A stretch of DNA of 64,000 nucleotides from Azolla caroliniana (GCA_043228905.1 JBHGNT010000013.1:8618001-8682000); one strand, 5' to 3'. Shown: positions 50,754-64,000, counted from the stretch's first letter. Notes: generated from the sequence alone by a model not told the origin. Numbers and translations are program-made.

Positions 50754-53700
50754 TCTGAAAAGAATAGTGTGCGGAAGCAATAGAAATCCGAACACAGAAC
50801 ACAGGTTCAATGGAGAGCTTGAATATACACAGTATGCAGGAGAGACAGAGAGAGAGAGAGTGCACACAAAAACTCAATCAAAAAATAATACTCAGTCTAT
50901 ACATAGGATGTGCTTAGTGACAACTTTTATACAAGTCCATACAGACTGATAGAAGTACTAACACGTACTTCAATGCTCATAAGTGAGCTCTACACTAACT
51001 GCCAAAATATATTCCTACACGGAATATCTTTCCAACGGCCTCGCTGTTTACGCACCGCTACGGCCTCTCGTTGCGTACTGGTTTGCGTAACAGTTTACGC
51101 ACCCGGTTTACGCACCGGTCCGGCCTAACCGATCGGTCCCAACCGATCCGGTTCTCGGCTTGCACAACCGATCTGGCCAATGTTGAGCTTGTAGGTCAAC
51201 ACTCCCCCTCAAGCTCAACTTGAGGCTCTTCTGGTTCTTCTGGATCACTACTTCAGTTTCTTCTGGCTTCACGCCTCGCTCGCGCTCCTCGTCGTGTTCG
51301 ATTCCGTGCACCTCGACCCTTTCGGCCGGTGTGTGTGCTTGTGCGACCCTTCTCAACTCCATTTTTTTCGCAATGTTGGCGCTTCGTCTGCTGCCTTCCC
51401 TTCCCCTTGGCCCTTAGTTGATTCGGTGTATCCGAACAGACTCGGCTTCCTCCGATTGGTTTTCACTTTCGTCCGAGTTGGCTGTCTCCAACTCGTCTTC
51501 AGTCTTCCCGCCCTTGCTGGCTTCGTCTCCCCCACACTTGGTTGGCTTCGCCTCTTTCTTTCGACCGCTCCCCGTATGTTCACTTTCGGAATCTTCCGCA
51601 GATCTGCCCTCGGCTTCTTCAGCTGATCGGAAATCGAATTCGTCATCCGACTCGGCATCGCGGTCTTCCAAAACTTCTCTCCCCCTTCCGTGGTCACTCG
51701 GGACGTCTCTCCCCCTCAAGTTCGGCACGTTGAGGAGACACAACCCAGATCACACCCGAGAATTGCCGCAACTTGTCCAGACCAAGAGGCTTGGTGAAGA
51801 TGTCGGCGGTCTACCGATCTGTCGGAACATATTGAAGTTCGACTTCACCAGAGACGACGCGCTCATGGACGAAATGGTAGTGCACCTCAATGTGCTTAGT
51901 CCGGGCGTGGAAGACGAGGTTATTTGCTAGCTGGATACTGCTGAGGTTGTTGCAGTAGATTGTCGTTGGATCGGATACCTCCACCTGCAAATCCTTAAGT
52001 AGCCACTTCAACCATATGGCTTTGCATGTCACGACAACCGCTCCTCTATACTCGGCTTCGGTGCTCAACAACGCAACTGTCGAATGCTTCTTGCTACTCC
52101 ACGTGATCGCGACACTCCCAAGAGAATGCGAAACCGGACTTGGATCGGTGATCGGCGACGTTGTCGGCCTAGTCCGCATCGGTGTAGCCGAACAACTACG
52201 AGGCTATACCGGTCCTATGTAGTAGCCCCCGGTCCTTAGTGTCGCTTACGTATGGCAGTACGCGTTGCGCACACTGAAGGGGCTCCTCAGTAGATCGCGC
52301 CATGAACTGACTAATCACCCCGACCGGGTTGCTAAGATCTGGTCGGGTGATGATCAAGTATATAAGGCTTCCGACTATCTGTCGGAACCTCGTCGGGTCA
52401 CATACCTTTCCGGAATCGGGGTGAAGCTTGACAGTTCTATCTAGAGGAGTCGAGACGGACTTACAATCGGCCATCCCAAATTTGAAGAGCATACTCAACA
52501 CATAATGCCTTTGGCTGATCAATATGCCTTCGGGGGTGCGGATCACTTCGATCCTTAGGAAGTAATGAATGTCCCCCAGATCCTTCATGTCAAATGATGC
52601 CGCAAGTTGGAGCTTCATGCGGTCAATCTCACCTAGGTCAGCGCCAGTGATGACCAAGTCATCAACATAAAGTAAAATGCTAACCGGCCCGAGTTGACCT
52701 TTCCGGATGAACAGTGAGGAGTCTGATTTTGATGTCGCAAAGCCCATCCGACGCAATCGTTGCATGATCTTCCACTACACGGGTCATGTACGCATAGTGA
52801 TGCGCGATGTACTCATTGTATCTAAACTGCACAACAGGGTTCTTCTGGCGGGTAGATCGGCGTAATTGCTCATTAGCCGATGTTGAGGCTTTCTTAGCCG
52901 ATGTGGACTTCGCTCTCGAAGACCCGTCATCACTTCCCTCGGGGTCGGACTCGCGTCGATCCGACTCATTCCTATTCGTGCCGTAATCTGACACCTTTTT
53001 TTCCCTTTTTCCTTGCGCGTAAGCCATCTCCTCAGCTTCTTGTGCGGGGAATGCACGGTCGAGTCTCCACTACTCGCCGGCGCTTCTTCGGATTGGTCAA
53101 ACCGAATCAGTCTTCCATTCGGTCCACTTAACCGAAATGAAATCAAACTCTCTTCGAGGGTCCCGATTTCATCCTCATCCGGAGGCACTTCAGCCTCGCT
53201 GACCTCATCGTTAGAGCTCAGATTGGAGTTGAGGTCCGGAGTTGGAGGCAAGTACCAGGATTCAGACTCGTCAAACACAACGTGGCGGCTTACGCGAGCT
53301 TGTTTGGTTTGGGGGTTATAGCACTTATAACCCTTCTGCTCGTCCGAATAGCCGACTAAGATACACTTCTTAGCTTTCGCGTCCAACTTCCTCTGTTTCT
53401 CCTTCGGCACATGCACATACACAATGCTATCGAAAACTCTCAAGTGTCATAGATTCGGCTTCCTTCCAAAATACAGCTCATGCGGTGACACTTTTTCTCC
53501 GATTTGATTCTAGATGTACACCGCGGTTCGTACCGCCTCGGCCCAATAGAACTTGGGCAAGCTCTTTTCTTCCAGCATTGCCCACACCACTTCCACAACC
53601 AACTGATTTTTCCTTTCGACCATGTCGTTTTGCTCCGGCGTATATCTGCAACTCAATTCGCGTTGAATTCCCATCTATTGCAGATACCTGTTGAATTGAC

Positions 53701-56059
53701 AGGAAAAGTACTCTTTTCTGCCATCCGACCACAGGCACTTGATCTTTCTTCATGTTTCCCTTTTGACAAAACTCTTGAGGTCCCGGAAACAGTCGAAGAC
53801 TTCACTCTTCTTCTCAATGAGGTAGATCCACGTGTGCCGCGTATAGTCGTCGATGAAGGAGACAAAATATCGACTCCCGTCAAAACTAACGTTCTGTGTT
53901 GGTCCCGATACATCGGAATGTATCAATTCGAGCTTGTTCCAGCTCCGGTTACGCTCGTTAGGGAAAGGAAGTCGGTGTTGCTTCCCTAGCTGGCAGGCTT
54001 CACAAATTTGTGCCTTCTGGCCACTAAATTTGGGCAATCCGAACACCACCTGTTTCGATTGCAGGTCCTGAAGCCGTTGATAATTGACGTGGCCTATTCT
54101 CTTGTGCCATAAGTCGATATCCGACTCGACTTTTTGTCCTTTCACGAACATTGCGGTGCCACCGTCACTAGAGTCAAGGATAAACATCGTTCTGTCTCTA
54201 CGCCCTTGCACAATTACTCGGCCTTATTCCTCGATGAAGCACCTGAGATGCGTAAACCGAACCTGCATCCCATGGTCGATGATCTGTCTGATCGACACTA
54301 GGTTCTTCATAATTGTTGGAACGTGTAACACGTTCGTGAGTTTCCCTTTTTGCCCGACATGCCTCAGGGGAACTTCATCGACATTCACGATCGGATGCGG
54401 TGTGTCGTCTCTGGTTGCGACTACTCCCGGTTGCATCGGTTTCTCAAGGTATGAGAACCAATCCTTGTGGCACGTCATTTGGTTTGATGCGCCGAAGTCG
54501 ACGTACCACACCTCGTTCAATTTTGGGGTGAACTTCTTCATCGAGTTCGCTTCGTGTCTCGTCACGACGGCTAACCCTTTTTCGGCTTTTCCGGATCCTT
54601 CGGCGTAGTGCAATCGCTGCTGATTACCCTTGTCAGTTTGTCCGGAACCTGATCCGGATCCGCTGCTCTCCGAATCGGCATGCTTCTTCCAGCACTCGCT
54701 CTCTTTGTGGCCTTTCTTGCCACAATACCAACATTCCGCGGCGGATTTCCCTTGTCGCTTCTTGTCGCCTCGAGTCCCCCTATTTCCGGAGGGTCCGGAA
54801 TTGCTGTCGACATCACTTCGGTGCCTCCTTCCTCGGTCTCATCGGCTGTTTTCATTGCGCACCGAGTCTCCTCTTCCGCCCCGACCATGGGGCCTATCTC
54901 CCTCCGTGTACAACATCTTGCTATCGGCATGTGTGCTCGTCAACGCACCCCTGTGGTTCTCCTCTATAAGGAGCATCGACTATAGGTCGAAAAATGATGG
55001 CATATTCTCCCATGTACACACAACAGTTCGGAACGCTCCGAACATCGACGCCAGTCCCCCGAGACAGATCTGCACCATCTCGCCTTCCTCAATGTTCACA
55101 TCGATAGAGGCTAAGGAGTCTTATATCTCTTTGATCTTATCTCTTTGATCTTCGAGGTGTAGTCAGCCACCAACAAGACATGTTGTCGTAAGTTGCTCAA
55201 CTCTTGTCAAAGTTGAAGCTTCCTGGCTGTGGTGCTTGCGGCAAAATTTTTCTTCAGAATTCCCCAAACATCTTTCGGCGTTTTGGCATCCCGAATGTAG
55301 CTTAGAAGCTATTCGCCCACACAAGATGCGAAGCAGTAGAGGACTCTGCTCGCCGACTGTTCCCATGCTGGGAAATCTCTGTGTGTTGAATCGGGTGCTG
55401 TGTCATTTGCTCCATCGACGTAGCTCCAGTAACCGTGCCCGAGTAGGTACTAGTGCATCTTGAAAGACCAAGACGTGTAGTTGTTTCTGTCAAGTTTCTC
55501 TGTCGGAAGCGAGCTAGCCATGCCTCTATCCATTTTGTTTTTCCTATTCTTTACGAAGGTTAGGTTTTCTTCTTTGAGCTAAGGTCGACTGCAAAGTTTC
55601 TCAACCCTCTCACTTTGATACCATGTGAAAAGAATAGCATGCGGAAGCAATAGAAAACCAAACACAGAAACGTAGGTTTAATGGAGAGATTGAATATACA
55701 CAGTACACGGGAGAGACAGAGACAGAGAGAGAGTGCACACAAAAACTCAATTCAAAAATAATACTCAGTCTGTACATACGATGTGCTCAGTGAGCACTTT
55801 TATACAAGTCCATACGGACTGATAGAACTATTGGCACGTACTTCAATGCTCATAAGTGAGCTCTACACTAACTCCTATATATTCCTACGCGGTTTACGCA
55901 CCACTACGGCCTCGTGGTTTACGCACCGCTACGGCCTCTCATTGCGTACTGGTTTGCGTAACAATTTACGCACTGGTCCGGCCTAACCGATCGGTCCCAA
56001 TCGATCTGGTTCTCGGCTTGCACAACCGGTCCGGCCAATGTTGAGCTTGTATCTCAACA
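50754..56059 (-). mobile_element. Ty1/copia element (copia X3) inside the 5' LTR of the Athila/Tat-like element; part of RT deleted
   Basis: LTRs 50754-51201 and 55624-56059, TSD CAGTC/CAGTT, PBS TGGTATCAAAGTG, PPT at 51202-51212. Confidence 0.94.
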
Positions 56060-56478
56060 CAGTTACATAGAGACAACAGAGAAGAGACAAGAGATACAAG
56101 ACAGAACTCAGAGAAAACAGAGACTATATTAAACGATTGTGCTCAGTATTGCACTAGCTCTTTACAATGTTCATATGCCCTTTATATACACAGGGCCTAG
56201 TCGGTTATGCTTCCCACGTGAACCGTTAGACGCGTTACTTCAACGCTTCTATTATAATTAATACGCTTCTTTATCATGCATTATTTACATTTGTCCTCTT
56301 ACGACGGACAACACATGAGTATCAGGAAGTCTCCTTCGTCGAACATCTTCACAAATATGTAGTGGTCGGCCTGTGTCTTGTGGTATCCTTGGTCGGTCAT
56401 GAAGGAGTCGAACTTCCGGTACTATGGCCGGGGAGCTTGCTTCAATCCGTATAAGGGGTAAAAGCATGCAAGTGGAAA

Positions 56479-59009
56479 CACTATTATAGCTAATTAGCTA
56501 GTAAAATGACCATAGCTATTTAGCTATTTGTTTAGCTAGTTTGTTTTGGGCAAATCATAAGGATCATTTACAAATTTTATGCTTTATTAGATATATATAT
56601 TCATTTAAATACATGTCATTTAATTTATGAGAATACTCAAAATTTTGAACTTTCTTTTCTGACGTAGTGGAACTTGGGGAGCAATGCCCTCATCTAAACT
56701 CGACTTGAATGTCACCAAATTCCTATTAATCCTGAGTTTGAGTTTGAAATCAAAACAGATGGAGTACTCTGAGCATGAACGCCGATGAAGCTCCCGCAAC
56801 AGCACAAAAACTTTGATATCGACATTGCACCTTTAGAGCTACAACACACGACCAATTCGATCCTCGTCTAGGTATGTATTAGTTACACATTAAAAAATAT
56901 TTTTTTTTTCCTTACTAATAACTGTAACTTTCTTGCATGTTCATCTTTTATAAAAAACGATTAGGATGAAGTCGTTGGAGTCCGAAACCAAGATGTCTCG
57001 AAGATCGGGGTGTAGTAGTAGGTGTGTTTCTGATTGACAATTTTTTTTATTAGGGTTGATTTCATACATATTTCACATTAGGGTTTCTAATTTCCTTAAG
57101 CGGTTGATTTCTGATTAGGGTTTCTGATTAAGGTTTCTAAATAGAGATTCTGAGTTTTTAAGTGGTTGATTTATGATTACTGTTGAAAATTTCAGATTTA
57201 GGGTTGGAGTTTTGCACCAATTCACATTTTTTATTTCAATGGTTGTGTTTCTGATTTCAATGATTTAGGATTTGGGTGATTGTATCTGATATTTATTTTT
57301 TATTCTTCCCTACCAATTATGGTTCTAAATACACATGTCCTAGTAGAGCAGAGGTAACATGTATTGATTTTTTATTTCAGGTGGCTCGTTCCTCCATATC
57401 CTAGAGTGTTGAACTTTGCAAAGCTTTGCGAGACAAAAGAGGACTTTAACTACATATGTAATCTGTAGCTAAAGTGTATTGACCCTGTTGTTCTAACAGA
57501 TAAATTGATTAGTGATGTAGACTGGTTGTCAGTCTATAAAGTGCCCTGAGTGAAAGGCAAGGTGAAGCTCAAGCATGTACGACCAGAGTTGTATGACGAC
57601 TGCATGAGGCTCCACCAGAAAGTACATCAAGAGATCTCGATCAACAACGAGTTGTTCGTTGCATTCACGAGAGCTTTTGCACATGAGTATTGTAAAACAA
57701 CGAAGGAAGCAACGGACCCTAAAATGTATAGGGTAGCTTGGGCTATTTATGGTGAGGCATCGCTAGAATTATGTCGGAAGATGGGGAGCTTGCAACAAAA
57801 AATGGCAAGATTTTGAAGCATGGCAGTTGATGATGCAACTGCTGACTCCCAACAAACTCACAAGTATACACCACACCGAAACACAATGAAAGTCAATGTC
57901 GATGATATAGGTGAGATATTGATTAGCTATATGCTGAAAAATGTCCATGAAGCCATTGAGACATTAGAGGCAACAAAGACTAATTTAGAGAAAGCAACAT
58001 TGGCTGCTGCGATGGAGAGCAAAGTCACTTTGGGAGTGACAACAATAAAAAATAAGATTCAGGTAGCAATTGTTTTACTAGTATGTAACATGTTATAAAA
58101 CGTGTACATGAAAATGTGCTTAATGAGGCATTATCTAGAATAGGTTGCTCAACATGAGCTCGAAATTGGGGAGCTATTGGATCCCCAGTGGAAAATACAA
58201 CTGCAGACAGAGATCTAGGTTCTTTCAATGAACATGAACCTTCTAGGTGCAAATATTGTCACTGATTACAATTTGGAGAACCTTCAAGTAAGTTAATGCT
58301 TCTTGTTTCTTGTTGTTCTATCTTCCTCATTAAGGAATGATAAATCAGTAATTTCTGGACTACGTTCTAAGAACAATACTCGCGCCATGAACATGTAGAT
58401 AGTTGCCTTAAGAAGCAGCTACATTTTGTGGAGGGGATGGTAAAGAGCAGACAAGAATTGGACCTCAACATTCTTGACCCCTTACCAAACAAAGGAGAAC
58501 CATGCAACAACATATTGACTATTCAAGCACATTGCATCGCTTGCGGATTAGGCATACAGGACAAAACTACTACTCTGTTGGTACACCTACGACCATGCCA
58601 ACACACATACCATATCGTTTGTTTTCAATATGCATGTCGCATTGTTGTAGTCTATTTAGGGGATTGCAATACAACTCTCCTAGATGAGTGGAGAAAAGTA
58701 ACAAGTAAAATTGTTGCTTGTATCTGTAGTGTAGTAGCTAATTAGTTACATCTTAGCTAATTAGCTAAGCCGTATAAAGTGTGGTAGCTATCTAGGTGTT
58801 ATGGTTCAGTAGTGTAGTAGCTAATTAGCTACAACCTAGGTATTAGCTAATTAGTCAAGATGTAGCTAATTAGCTACTGCAAATCTATGATCTAGTAGCT
58901 AATTAGCTATAGTGTAGCTAATTAGCTAAGCAATATCAAAAGTGGTAGTTAATTAGCTATTGCCATAGTTAAGAAGAATAGTTAATTAGCTAAGACGTAG
59001 CTAATTAGC
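56479..59009 (+). mobile_element. Probable CACTA-type DNA transposon (left end and body); right end displaced by a copia insertion
   Basis: CACTA at 56479 is followed by TAGCTAATTAGCTA; dense copies of that palindrome lie at 58735-59009; no closing TIR or TSD is visible. Confidence 0.55.
57550..58745 (+). pseudogene. Intron-containing gene remnant ending in a RING-like Cys/His motif
   Basis: CIAC-x17-CQHTYHIVC; GT-AG-like junctions near 56871, 56964, 57021, 57380 and 58287; stop codons present. Confidence 0.55.
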
Positions 59010-62000
59010 TGTTACGAAACAGGTCCCTCCGGATGGGATGACCCGGTGAGAACCGGATGAGGAGTACCCGGCAAGCGCCGGATGATGCAGACTCGGTGAG
59101 AAGTGCTCACCGGATGAAGGGACATATTCGTAAATATGTTTTCTAAGTGTCCATCGGGGCTATATTTGTAAATAGCCAAAAAGTCATTTTAGTATAAATA
59201 TGACTTAGGGCAAACTTAGAGTATGAGGTTGTTGTCATTCCTGTTGGCGCAAGATTAGAGCGCGTAACTGTGTACAGAGAGAGAGAGAGAGAAGAAGAGG
59301 GCGTTGCCTCTGTTGTAACCGCCGCCTGTGGCGAAGATAGCAAGCTCAAGGTCGTTGCCTCGGTGCAGAAGAAGAGGTCGTTGCCTCTTTTGTAACCGCC
59401 GCCTGTGGTGAAGATAGCAAGCTCAAGGTCGTTGCCTCAGTGCTCTACTACTATACATTCTGATATAGTGATAGTTTGCAGTCTGTGGGTTGCCGTGGTT
59501 TTTCCCTAGTTTGGGTTTTCCACGTTAACATCCTGTGTACTCTTCTCTTCACTGTGTCGTGCGTTCATTATCCGTTTTCTGTGTTTTATCCTAGGCTCGG
59601 TTGTGGCCGAGCGTTGTTCATCAGGAGCGTGTGTTCCTATCAAAGTGGTATCAGTGCGAAACGACACAGAATATGGACGAATCATTGGGAGGCATGTTCA
59701 AGCTCACCGGCTCCAACTATTCCGTGTGGAAGTCAAAGATGAGGGACATGCTCGTGGTTAAAGATCTTTGGTTGACGGTTCAGTTCGGGGACAAGAGACC
59801 GGACAAAATCGACGCCACAATATGGGAGGTGATGCACTTGAAGACAACGGCGTACATACGGTGCTTCATCGACATGAGCCTATACAACAACTTCAATGAA
59901 GAGAGCAAGGCTCATGAGCTCTGGGAGAAGATCAACATTATGTTTCAGAACAAAAATGTTGTTAACCAAGTTTCGGTATTCCGAAAGCTAGTAAGACTCC
60001 GGTACCAAGATGGCTCCAGCATGGCGGAGCACATGAATGCCTTCCAGGGGCTGATACACCAGGCAACATCATTGGAAGTACCTCTCGCAGATGAGGTACT
60101 AGCACTACTCATGCTCGGTTCCCTCCCGGATAGCTGGGAGATGTTGGTTGTCACTTTGGGCAACGCCGGGCCGGAAGGGAAATGGTTATCCCTAGCAAGA
60201 GTGAAGTCGAGCTTGCTAAATGAGGAGGTGCATCGGAAAGATAAGGACACGAGCTTCGACTCCAAAGCACTCCTTACCGAATCGGAATGCGGAAGACAAA
60301 GGAACCGTAGCCCCCAGAACCGGGAAAAGTCAGGGACACGGTCAAAGTCAAGGGGGAGGCCTACTTGCTTCTATTGCGGCAAGCAGGACAGTTTCAGAAG
60401 AACTGTCGGCATTTCCGAAAAGACAAGGAAACCGACGGTACCGATTCGAAGCGGACACCAGACCGGAACGGTAAAGACTGGAGGGGGCCGGACCGGAAGG
60501 GAATGACGGCAATCGCGGCGAGTGAAGAAGAGTTGATGCTCATCACCGAGGAGAGTGAGCTAAACCTTGCCGGCGATGAGATGACCTGGGTGGTCGACTC
60601 CGGAGCGTCGTTCCACCTTACCCCGGACCGGAAATGCTTCTCATCCTACTCAGACGGTGATCACGGCTGTGTCCGGATGGGGAATGAAGGTACATGCCGA
60701 ATTGTCGGCATAGGAGACGTGTGGTTGACAACGCCAACCGGATGCAAGCTGTTGTTGAAGGATGTTCGACATATTCCGGAGGTTCGTCTGAACCTGATAT
60801 CAGTCGGTCGGCTAGATGATCAAGGCTACAGCCGGTGTTATGAAGTTCAGCAAAGGGAGCCTGATTGTGGCTCGGGCCCGGAAGGTAAACACGATGTACC
60901 TGATGAATGCCCGGTTGTGCCCGGAACAAGTGAACGTAGCATCCGACACTGCCGGTGAGTTGTGGAACAAAAGGCTGTGTCACATGAGCGAGAAGGGGAT
61001 GAAGAGGCTTGCAGACGACAACCTCATTCTAGTGAAGAACGTGCACTTGGAGAAGTGCATTGATTGTCTGGCCATTAAACAAAACCAGAGCTCCTTCCAA
61101 TCGAGGCCACCAATGAGACGTAACGCACCACTGGAGTTGGTGCATACTGATGTATGTCAAGTGGACACAAAGTCACCATGCCGGATCGCAGTACTTCGTG
61201 ACGTTCATAGATGACCATAACCGGAAGCTGTGGGCCACACCGTTGAAGGCGAAGGATGAGGTGTTATCCGTCTTCAAAGAGCTCCACGCTAGAGTGGAAA
61301 GAGAAACTGGCCGGAAGCTGAAGGTGGTTCGAGTAGATAACGGAGGTGAATACCGGGGGCAGTTCGAGGAGTATTGTCGCTTGAAGGGAATCCGGCTCAA
61401 ATTTACCGTGCCGAAGACGCCGAAACTAAACGGGCTGGCCGAGAGGATGAACCGGACCATAATGGAGAGGGTCCGGAGTATGCTGGCGCATGCAAAACTA
61501 CCCAAGAAGTTTTGGACTGAGGCACTGTCGACGGCGACATATGTGATAAACAGATCACCCTCAGTACCCTTGGACGGAGACACGCCACAGAGAGTCTGGA
61601 CCGGTAAGGAAGTGTCCTACTGGCATCTGAAGGTATTCGGGTGTCTTGCGTATGTGCATGTAGCTAAGGACCGGAGAGGAAAACTAGATCCGAAGACCCG
61701 GCCATGCATATTCCTCGGTTTTGACGACGATGAGTTCGGCTACCGAGTGTGGGACCTGGTCGACGAGAAGGTATTCCAGAGTGTAGATATTATCTTCATG
61801 GAGGACAAGACGCTCGCCGACTGGGAGTCGGAGAAGAAGATAATGAACTCCGAGTCGACCAGTAAGGATCGTTTCTACGGTGAGCAGTCCCAACCGGCAA
61901 GAGATCGGTTAGCACTCGAGGAACCAGCCGGTTACGGTGAGGATACTGAACCGGCAGAAGAAGAAGTAGAGGAAGCTGAAACCGGAACTGGCCAAGACCC

Positions 62001-62589
62001 CGAATCGAATTCGGATGAAGAGCAAATGGAGGAGCCGGTTACCGAAGCCCAAAGACGGAGATATCCTCTCGGAGAGAGAAGGGCCCCCCAAAGATTTCCG
62101 GATGCAGAGCATGTGCTGCTAACCGATCAAGGGGAGCCAAAAAGCTTCGAGAAGCAAAGGATGACACCCACAACCGAAAATGGTTAAGTGCCATGCAGGA
62201 TGAGATGGATTCCCTACATGAGAACCATATGTACGAATTGGTGGAGTTGTTGAAAGGAAAGCGGGCACTCCGAAACAAGTGGGTGTACAAGTTGAAACTG
62301 GGAGATGTCGGCAACCCCCCGAGATACAAAGCCAGGATCGTGGTGAAGGGGTTCCAGCAGAAGAAGGGCGTGGACTTCGACGAGATATTTGCCCGGTAGT
62401 AAAGATGACCTCCATCCGGACAATGTTGAGTATAGCGGCAAGCATGGACCTCGAGGTAGAGCAGCTGGACGTGAAGACGGCATTCCTTCACGGTGACCTC
62501 GAAGAGGAGATCTACATGCAGCAACCGAAAGGATTCGTGGAGAAAGGTATGGAGCAACTAGTTTGCCAGTTGAAGAAGAGCCCGTACGG
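59010..62589 (+). mobile_element. Tnt1/Tork-like copia, 5' part: LTR 59010-59642, PBS, gag, protease, integrase, start of RT
   Basis: TGTT...ATCA; TGGTATCAGTGC at 59646; KLTGSNYSVWK, WVVDSGASFH, VDNGGEY, QLDVKTAFLHG; cut at LKKSPYG. Confidence 0.93.
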
Positions 62590-64000
62590 TGTCGTAGTGT
62601 AATTCGCACACTACGTGCAAAATTACATTTTTGGTCTCTCCGGATAGGACATGGAGTACCCGATGAGAACCGGAAGAAGGAACCGGTAAGGACCGAAACC
62701 GGTAAGGCGACCCGGCAAGAGCCGGATAAAGAAGGCCGGTGAGAGTCGGTGAGAAACGGATGAAGAGATCGGTAAGGAGGTCCTGGTAAGAGCCAGATGA
62801 AGAAAACTAGCAAGCACCGGATGAAGCAGAACTGGAAAGAGCCGGATGAAGAAGGCCGGTGAGAGTCTCTCACCGGATGAAGAGACATATTTGTAAATAG
62901 AAGAAAGTATAAAAATATATATATTACATGCATAGGGCAAGATTCGAACCTTGCACCTCCATGTTAATAATGTTAAGCCTTATCATTATACTAGCGTATT
63001 ATGAATTTTAAAGTTATACTAAACTTTATCCCATGTAAAATTTCTAGACATGCATGGTACAAAAAGTTATTCATGCATAGACACTCGAGTTAAAAGAAAA
63101 GATGAGATAGAAAGCTAATCATGCAAATGCAGTGTGCATGAAAACTAAAGATAGGGAAAGCATGATGCTTGCATGTGATAAACTTAGACTCTTCCAACAC
63201 TATATAAGGAAGAGAGAAAGATGTATAGAGGTTGTTGATTATTTTACAAGGATTTTGATCAATCTAATATATTCGTGGGATTCACGATTTTTTTCCATCT
63301 ATTTCTCTCTTACATTCTAAGTATCTATTAATACACTATACTCGTGGGATTCACGAGGTTCATATCTTCTTTCAAATATTTCTCTTTCTTGCAATCGATT
63401 CATAAGGAGCCTTATCTCATATTCTTCTTTCTCCTAGTCCAAAACCTCAGCGGTTCCCACCCGACTCACGCAACGATCCGGAGCCGAAAGGCACGACACA
63501 AGTGGTGAACCCAACGTGAGCACGGGTGGCAAGGAGATGGAAAATCAACCGGAGGCTAACAACATGATGATGATGTTCGAGCGGATGCTTCAGGAACAAC
63601 GTGCGATGTCGGAGATAGCGGCGGCAATAGATCGGCTCGTGCAATGGATCGGGCAATTCAACGGAAAGGACGTATCACGCTATCTTCGGGACTACAAGGC
63701 GGAAATTCTACGGTGCGGGATATCGGAAGGATTGCAAGTGGCATCCTTCAACCGGGTGGCTACCGACGGGCTTCAAGCAAGTATCCATGGGCTGCGACAA
63801 CAAAATCCGACGTGGGAAGCGTTTGAAGAGGCGCTAAAGACCACGTTCACTATCGAGGACTCCTCCAAGGCAACGCGGAGAGGATTCGAGGATTGGGTAG
63901 AAACGCCGGACAAGGGGATGAAGGTCCTTGATGTGTTTTCAGTATTCGAAAGTCGGTTCGGGAGGTTGTCTGCGAGAGATCAAGTTATCCTCGCACCGGA
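62590..64000 (+). mobile_element. Trp-gypsy 4: 5' LTR 62590-63498, Trp PBS 63503-63519, start of gag
   Basis: TGTCG...CGACA, then TGGTGAACCCAACGTGA; gag resembles 11580-11950 (FNGKDVSRYL...). Confidence 0.88.
62937..62995 (-). other. tRNA-like (A-box/B-box) cassette inside an LTR
   Basis: Minus strand TAGTATAATGATAA ... GGTTCGAATC with hairpin GCAAGG/TCTTGC. Confidence 0.62.

Larger units (their letters stand above)
42210..56313 (-). mobile_element. Non-chromovirus Ty3/gypsy (Athila/Tat-like) with an extra 3' ORF
   Basis: 3' LTR 42210-42645; 5' LTR 50542-50753 plus 56060-56313; TSD CAAGA/CATGA; PBS TGGCACGCTTGGTG at 50524-50537 (probably tRNA-Arg); RT FLNDFTVYG and LNPTKCAFG; integrase KWGLDFVGP. 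Confidence 0.9.
37924..56457 (-). mobile_element. Tnt1/Tork-like copia, 3' portion in pieces: LTR 37924-41337 (split by a DNA transposon), RNase H/RT 41338-42209, RT 56314-56457
   Basis: PPT TGAAGGGGGAATT next to the LTR end at 41337; PYASVIGSLMYAMVCTRSDI; LYGLKQAP...RKFDSFM resumes after 56313. Confidence 0.85.

Noticed and set aside
57050-57205. Interstitial telomere array
   Set aside because: The TTAGGGTTT motifs are dispersed and degenerate, not tandem heptamers.
62921-63000. Functional tRNA genes here and at 25250-25325
   Set aside because: No acceptor stem or proper anticodon arm; reported only as tRNA-like cassettes.
1-64000. Prokaryotic systems or intact host genes
   Set aside because: Apart from the RING-like remnant and the peptide relic in the TIR element, all recognisable coding sequence is retroelement-derived.

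Overview
Land-plant, gene-free and probably heterochromatic DNA (most likely a fern or other non-seed plant, inferred from the element families). Almost the whole window is nested transposons. I resolved about 20 insertions by LTR termini, PBS/PPT and target-site duplications (TSDs): one young intact chromovirus (1467-aa Gag-Pol) and three decayed ones; four pieces of a tRNA-Trp-primed Ty3/gypsy family; an Athila/Tat-like element with an extra ORF; three copies of one copia family; two Tnt1/Tork-like copia plus two solo LTRs of theirs; a further solo LTR; an L1-type LINE; a TIR DNA transposon holding a 1.3-kb foldback; and a CACTA-like end with a RING-like gene remnant. The best leads are: (1) a co-linear 59-nt tRNA-like Pol III cassette with a compensated stem, antisense in the LTRs of two unrelated gypsy lineages; (2) a -1 frameshift signal with predicted pseudoknot between gag-pro and pol in the Trp-primed family, the same layout as Rous sarcoma virus; (3) a conserved in-frame extension of copia Pol between duplicated PPTs; (4) a mosaic gypsy LTR carrying a copia U3 module. 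Coordinates were read by eye and lineage names come from motif recognition, not database searches.
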